NCBI RefSeq assembly: GCF_009914755.1
Contig: NC_060927.1
DNA: 64,000 nucleotides
Direction: 5' to 3' (one strand)
Source of the DNA: the human T2T-CHM13v2.0 reference genome, Homo sapiens
The notes under the pieces are model-generated. The model was not told the origin of the DNA, searched no databases, and saw only the letters and a program-made list of their open reading frames with translations. Within the stretch, counting starts at the first letter, position 1. The number at the start of each line of letters is the position of its first letter. Position numbers and translations under genes: made by a program. Below, one piece after another: positions 59,601-64,000 of this stretch.

Positions 59601-61809
59601 ATTGTGAGGATTTGCTGGTCTGTAAAGTGCAAAAATAACCTGTCTTGTAAGAAAATTATGATTAAGTTAGGCATACTAGTTTTAAATATATGTATACATT
59701 CTAATATTTGCATGCAGTTCTCTGGCAGCAGTATATTTTTGTGCTTTTGAAAGGTAGAAATTTGTAAATCAAATATTCAATGCATGATTCCAAAGTAGTT
59801 TATGACTCAAACAATTTTTGGAAATGATATTTCCTAGAAGTTACTAATTATAAATAAGAGTATACATAAAGAGAGACCTAATTGTGGTGAACTTTAAACC
59901 TAAAAATGGTGAGAAAGCTCATCTATAACTCAACTGAATACTTACTGTAATTCTTCAGTAAAATGAAATGGTTCTAGTTTTAGCTTTTCCAGTTATAGCA
60001 GGAAAATATGTTTGCTAGAACATAAAATATAAGATGCAGATTCTCTACATGCTAGTTTTTGTTTGTCTATTATATGAAAGCTAAATATTTAACAAAATGT
60101 TTAACAAATCTAACCTGGTCCTAAATCTATAGAGCCCATTTTCCAACTAGTTTTGTCATTTTTCATTATGGTTCCTCAATATTTACTCATTAGCAGTTTA
60201 CATTATTCTTCCTTTATCATTATGATTCCAGAAAGATTCTAATTATTTTCTCCTGGTAACCTAAGAATGAAGATTGTAGGCTGTTTTATGTATCTTGTTT
60301 ACTAAAAAGTCCACTTGGATGTGTCATAATTACCTGAAGTTAATTGTATGTTGTATTTTTGGTGAATCACTGAAATTATTCCATTGTTTTAATATTAAAA
60401 TATTTTTATTTCTAAAATAAGATAAACATTGGAATCCCTTGGAAACCATGGTGCTAAAAGCAAATATTTTATTATATACACAAAACCAAGCTTACTTTAA
60501 TATATCTTTTAAAATCTAACACAAAGGATATAAAATGAATATATTAAGATAATTCATAGCATCTATTATCTCACTAGCACCAAGGCAATGTATAACACCA
60601 CGGTTCTGCCTCTGATTAAGTCTTTTCCTGTGAATTAAAACCCATGTGGCTAGATTGCACTTGACATTCAGGAATCTCTCTCCCACTTAGTTTATCAGTA
60701 TTTGAGCTCGAAGTTTTGTGGTTTTTATTTTTTCCTACATATGACACTGACTGTCTTACTACTTTTTTAACATTGGTGAATCTGCTATCTCAAAGTTACA
60801 TTTAGAAAGATATGTGAATTATTTTTAGTTGTGTAATAACTTTACATGAGTATATTATTTTCCAATACAGGTTGACTTCAATAAATTAGATAACTGTGAT
60901 TTTCACTGACTTCCAGTTTTCGTTTAGACATTTTCCTCTAAAACAATAAAAATTACAGAAAATTTTCTAACTTTAATTAAAAAGAATTTTCTACCTGGCT
61001 TGATGTGAAGTCATATGCGTATAAAAGATTCATATAGTATTTAAAATAATTTAGTTCGGCATGATTTTTAAAGGCTTACCTGTAAATATGAAAGAAAAAA
61101 TCATAACGTTCATTCAAAAGTGCTTGCTTGACTATTTAACAGCCATACAGATTATCATTTCTCTAAGTATTTAGCAATACTCTACCACATCCTCATCCCT
61201 TTTTTAGAACCATTACAGATATTTTCAGACTAAGAAAATGCAAATATATTGTATTACTCTTTTAAATGTTCATTCCTCTCCCAGTCTACAAGTGTTAGTT
61301 GATCTAATGACTAATTGATAAATCACATTCTAATGTCCCTTACCTGACTTCTAGTGTTGACTGAGCAGCATTGACCTCTTACAGTTAATGGTTGTTCAAA
61401 GGGAGAGGTCATTATGGAAACTGGATCACTGCCTTGCTATTTCATTCACATCCTTCTGTTGGCAAAATCCCCTATCTCTTCCAGGCACCATGTTAAATGC
61501 TAGGGCTGTGAAGATAAATTAGGCAAGCTTCTTGTTCTAAAAAAGTTTGCAGCCTATTGAGGGGGAGGGGGAGGAATATGTCATGTGCATAAACATGTAT
61601 AAAACAAAGTAGAAATAAGCTCCAGTAAAGAAATGCTGGTAGACTGCTTGTGAGAAGGGAGAGATTACTTGCAGCTGAGAGAATTGGGGAATGCCTTGAG
61701 GAAATTGCTTACATTTTTCAAATCTGTCAGTATGAACAAGCTTGGAGTAAACATATAGGTGGTGGGGGAGGTGGGAGAACATTTTTTAAGTTTATATTAA
61801 ATGCCTTTA

Positions 61810-62280
61810 CCAGTGCTAGAACCAAAACTTAGGTTACCTAATTTTAGCTCCACAACAACCCTGTGAATTATGTATTATTCTTATTTTATAAATAAAGAAA
61901 CTGGACAAGTTAAGTGACTTCCTCAAGGTCCTACAGCTAATAAATAGTAGAGATTGCACTGGAAAATTATTTTCCTAGCATTATACTCAGAGCTCTTTTT
62001 ACTGTGTTACAACCAACTAGTGTAGCCCACACAGCAACTGGATCTGGATCTTCCACCGCAGCATGTAACTATACCAGTTACATGTTTCCCAAACCTGGCA
62101 AACATCAGAATCACTTGAGAGTTGTTTTTAAAATATCTCGATTGCAAACACCTTATATTTTTCCTAATTTTGAGGAGTCAGCCCAAGAACCTGTGTATGT
62201 TCTTAAAGTTTCTCAGCTGATTCTTATTTTCATTCAATACTGTTGCACAGATAAGCACTTGGAAACAACTGCTTTAAGCA
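61810..62280. mobile_element. MIR (-, about 61810-62010) followed by a MER5-like element (about 62080-62275)
   Basis: ctccacaacaaccctgtg and aagttaagtgacttcctcaaggtc; then tttcccaaacctggc, catcagaatcacttg, ttggaaacaactg. Confidence 0.65.
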
Positions 62281-62459
62281 GTAGAGCTAACCAATTACAA
62301 ACATGATTTACCACATACTACAAGAATGAATATGTAGTCATGTACCTATATTGAATCACATTCTTTTTTAACCAGTAACTGATTTAAATATTCAATTTAT
62401 AATTTGGAAGTGCCATGATTTCCGATCAGAATATTTCTGGATCTCTGAAAAATAGCAAA

Positions 62460-63497
<1,038 letters not shown>

Positions 63498-64000
63498 TTA
63501 ATACCTGTATCACATTATTTTATTGTACTGTTTTATCATTTAATTTCTCTGTTGTGACCTGCCATCCATGTTCAGCTCAGACAAGAAATTCTTTGTGACT
63601 GACTGACAAGAGGATGTTTTTTCTCAACCATTGCTGACCATATTGGAAATTTTAGACATTAAAGAAGAGCTGCTTAGAAATTAGAGTATATAAAGATGTT
63701 GTTAGAAACTTTAGAAACTCTAGCAAAGGGTCCATTAAAGAAATAAAATTCCCTGATAATTTTTTTAATAAAGTTAATTTTCTTTTTGACAGGTGAAAGA
63801 GGCCATTCCCATATTAAACTCTGCTGTTAAATGAGTAGCTTATTTCTAACTAAGTTAAGCCAGGAGATGAGTCCCTTTGTTTAACACTTCTTAAAGTAAA
63901 AGTTAACATCCTGCCTTTATCTAATTGCTATCAAAGACATTAGTCTATTTGGCTCTAGCATGATTCAATTGCATGAGGTCATGCAGCCTAGCTGTAATAA

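Overview
AT-rich, CpG-poor, repeat-rich primate (human or great-ape) genomic DNA. It is almost entirely intronic. The only confidently coding piece is a 69-nt phase-1/phase-1 exon at 36044-36112 (+) encoding (A)[22 protein letters not shown](D), which I recognise as part of the coiled-coil region of RSRC1, an SR-related splicing factor next to SHOX2. The ORF track misses this exon, and its ORFs are L1/Alu/Tigger fragments or chance ORFs. The rest consists of L1PA/L1M, L2, MIR, Alu, Tigger1, MADE1, hAT-Charlie and LTR relics, plus TE-poor stretches that look like conserved non-coding DNA. I see no new protein-coding system. The most interesting signals are: (1) a 70-nt candidate poison exon with strong splice sites in a conserved-looking block at 7.1 kb, and a second at 44.8 kb; (2) private mutations shared in mosaic fashion between neighbouring Tigger1 copies and between two L1PA copies, suggesting ectopic gene conversion; (3) a permuted (B-then-A) local duplication and three fold-back template-switch hairpins; (4) a four-layer nested insertion with an L1 target-site deletion; (5) divergently oriented CTCF-like motifs. 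Repeat subfamily names and consensus comparisons are from memory, boundaries of old repeats are approximate, and no conservation or expression data were available.
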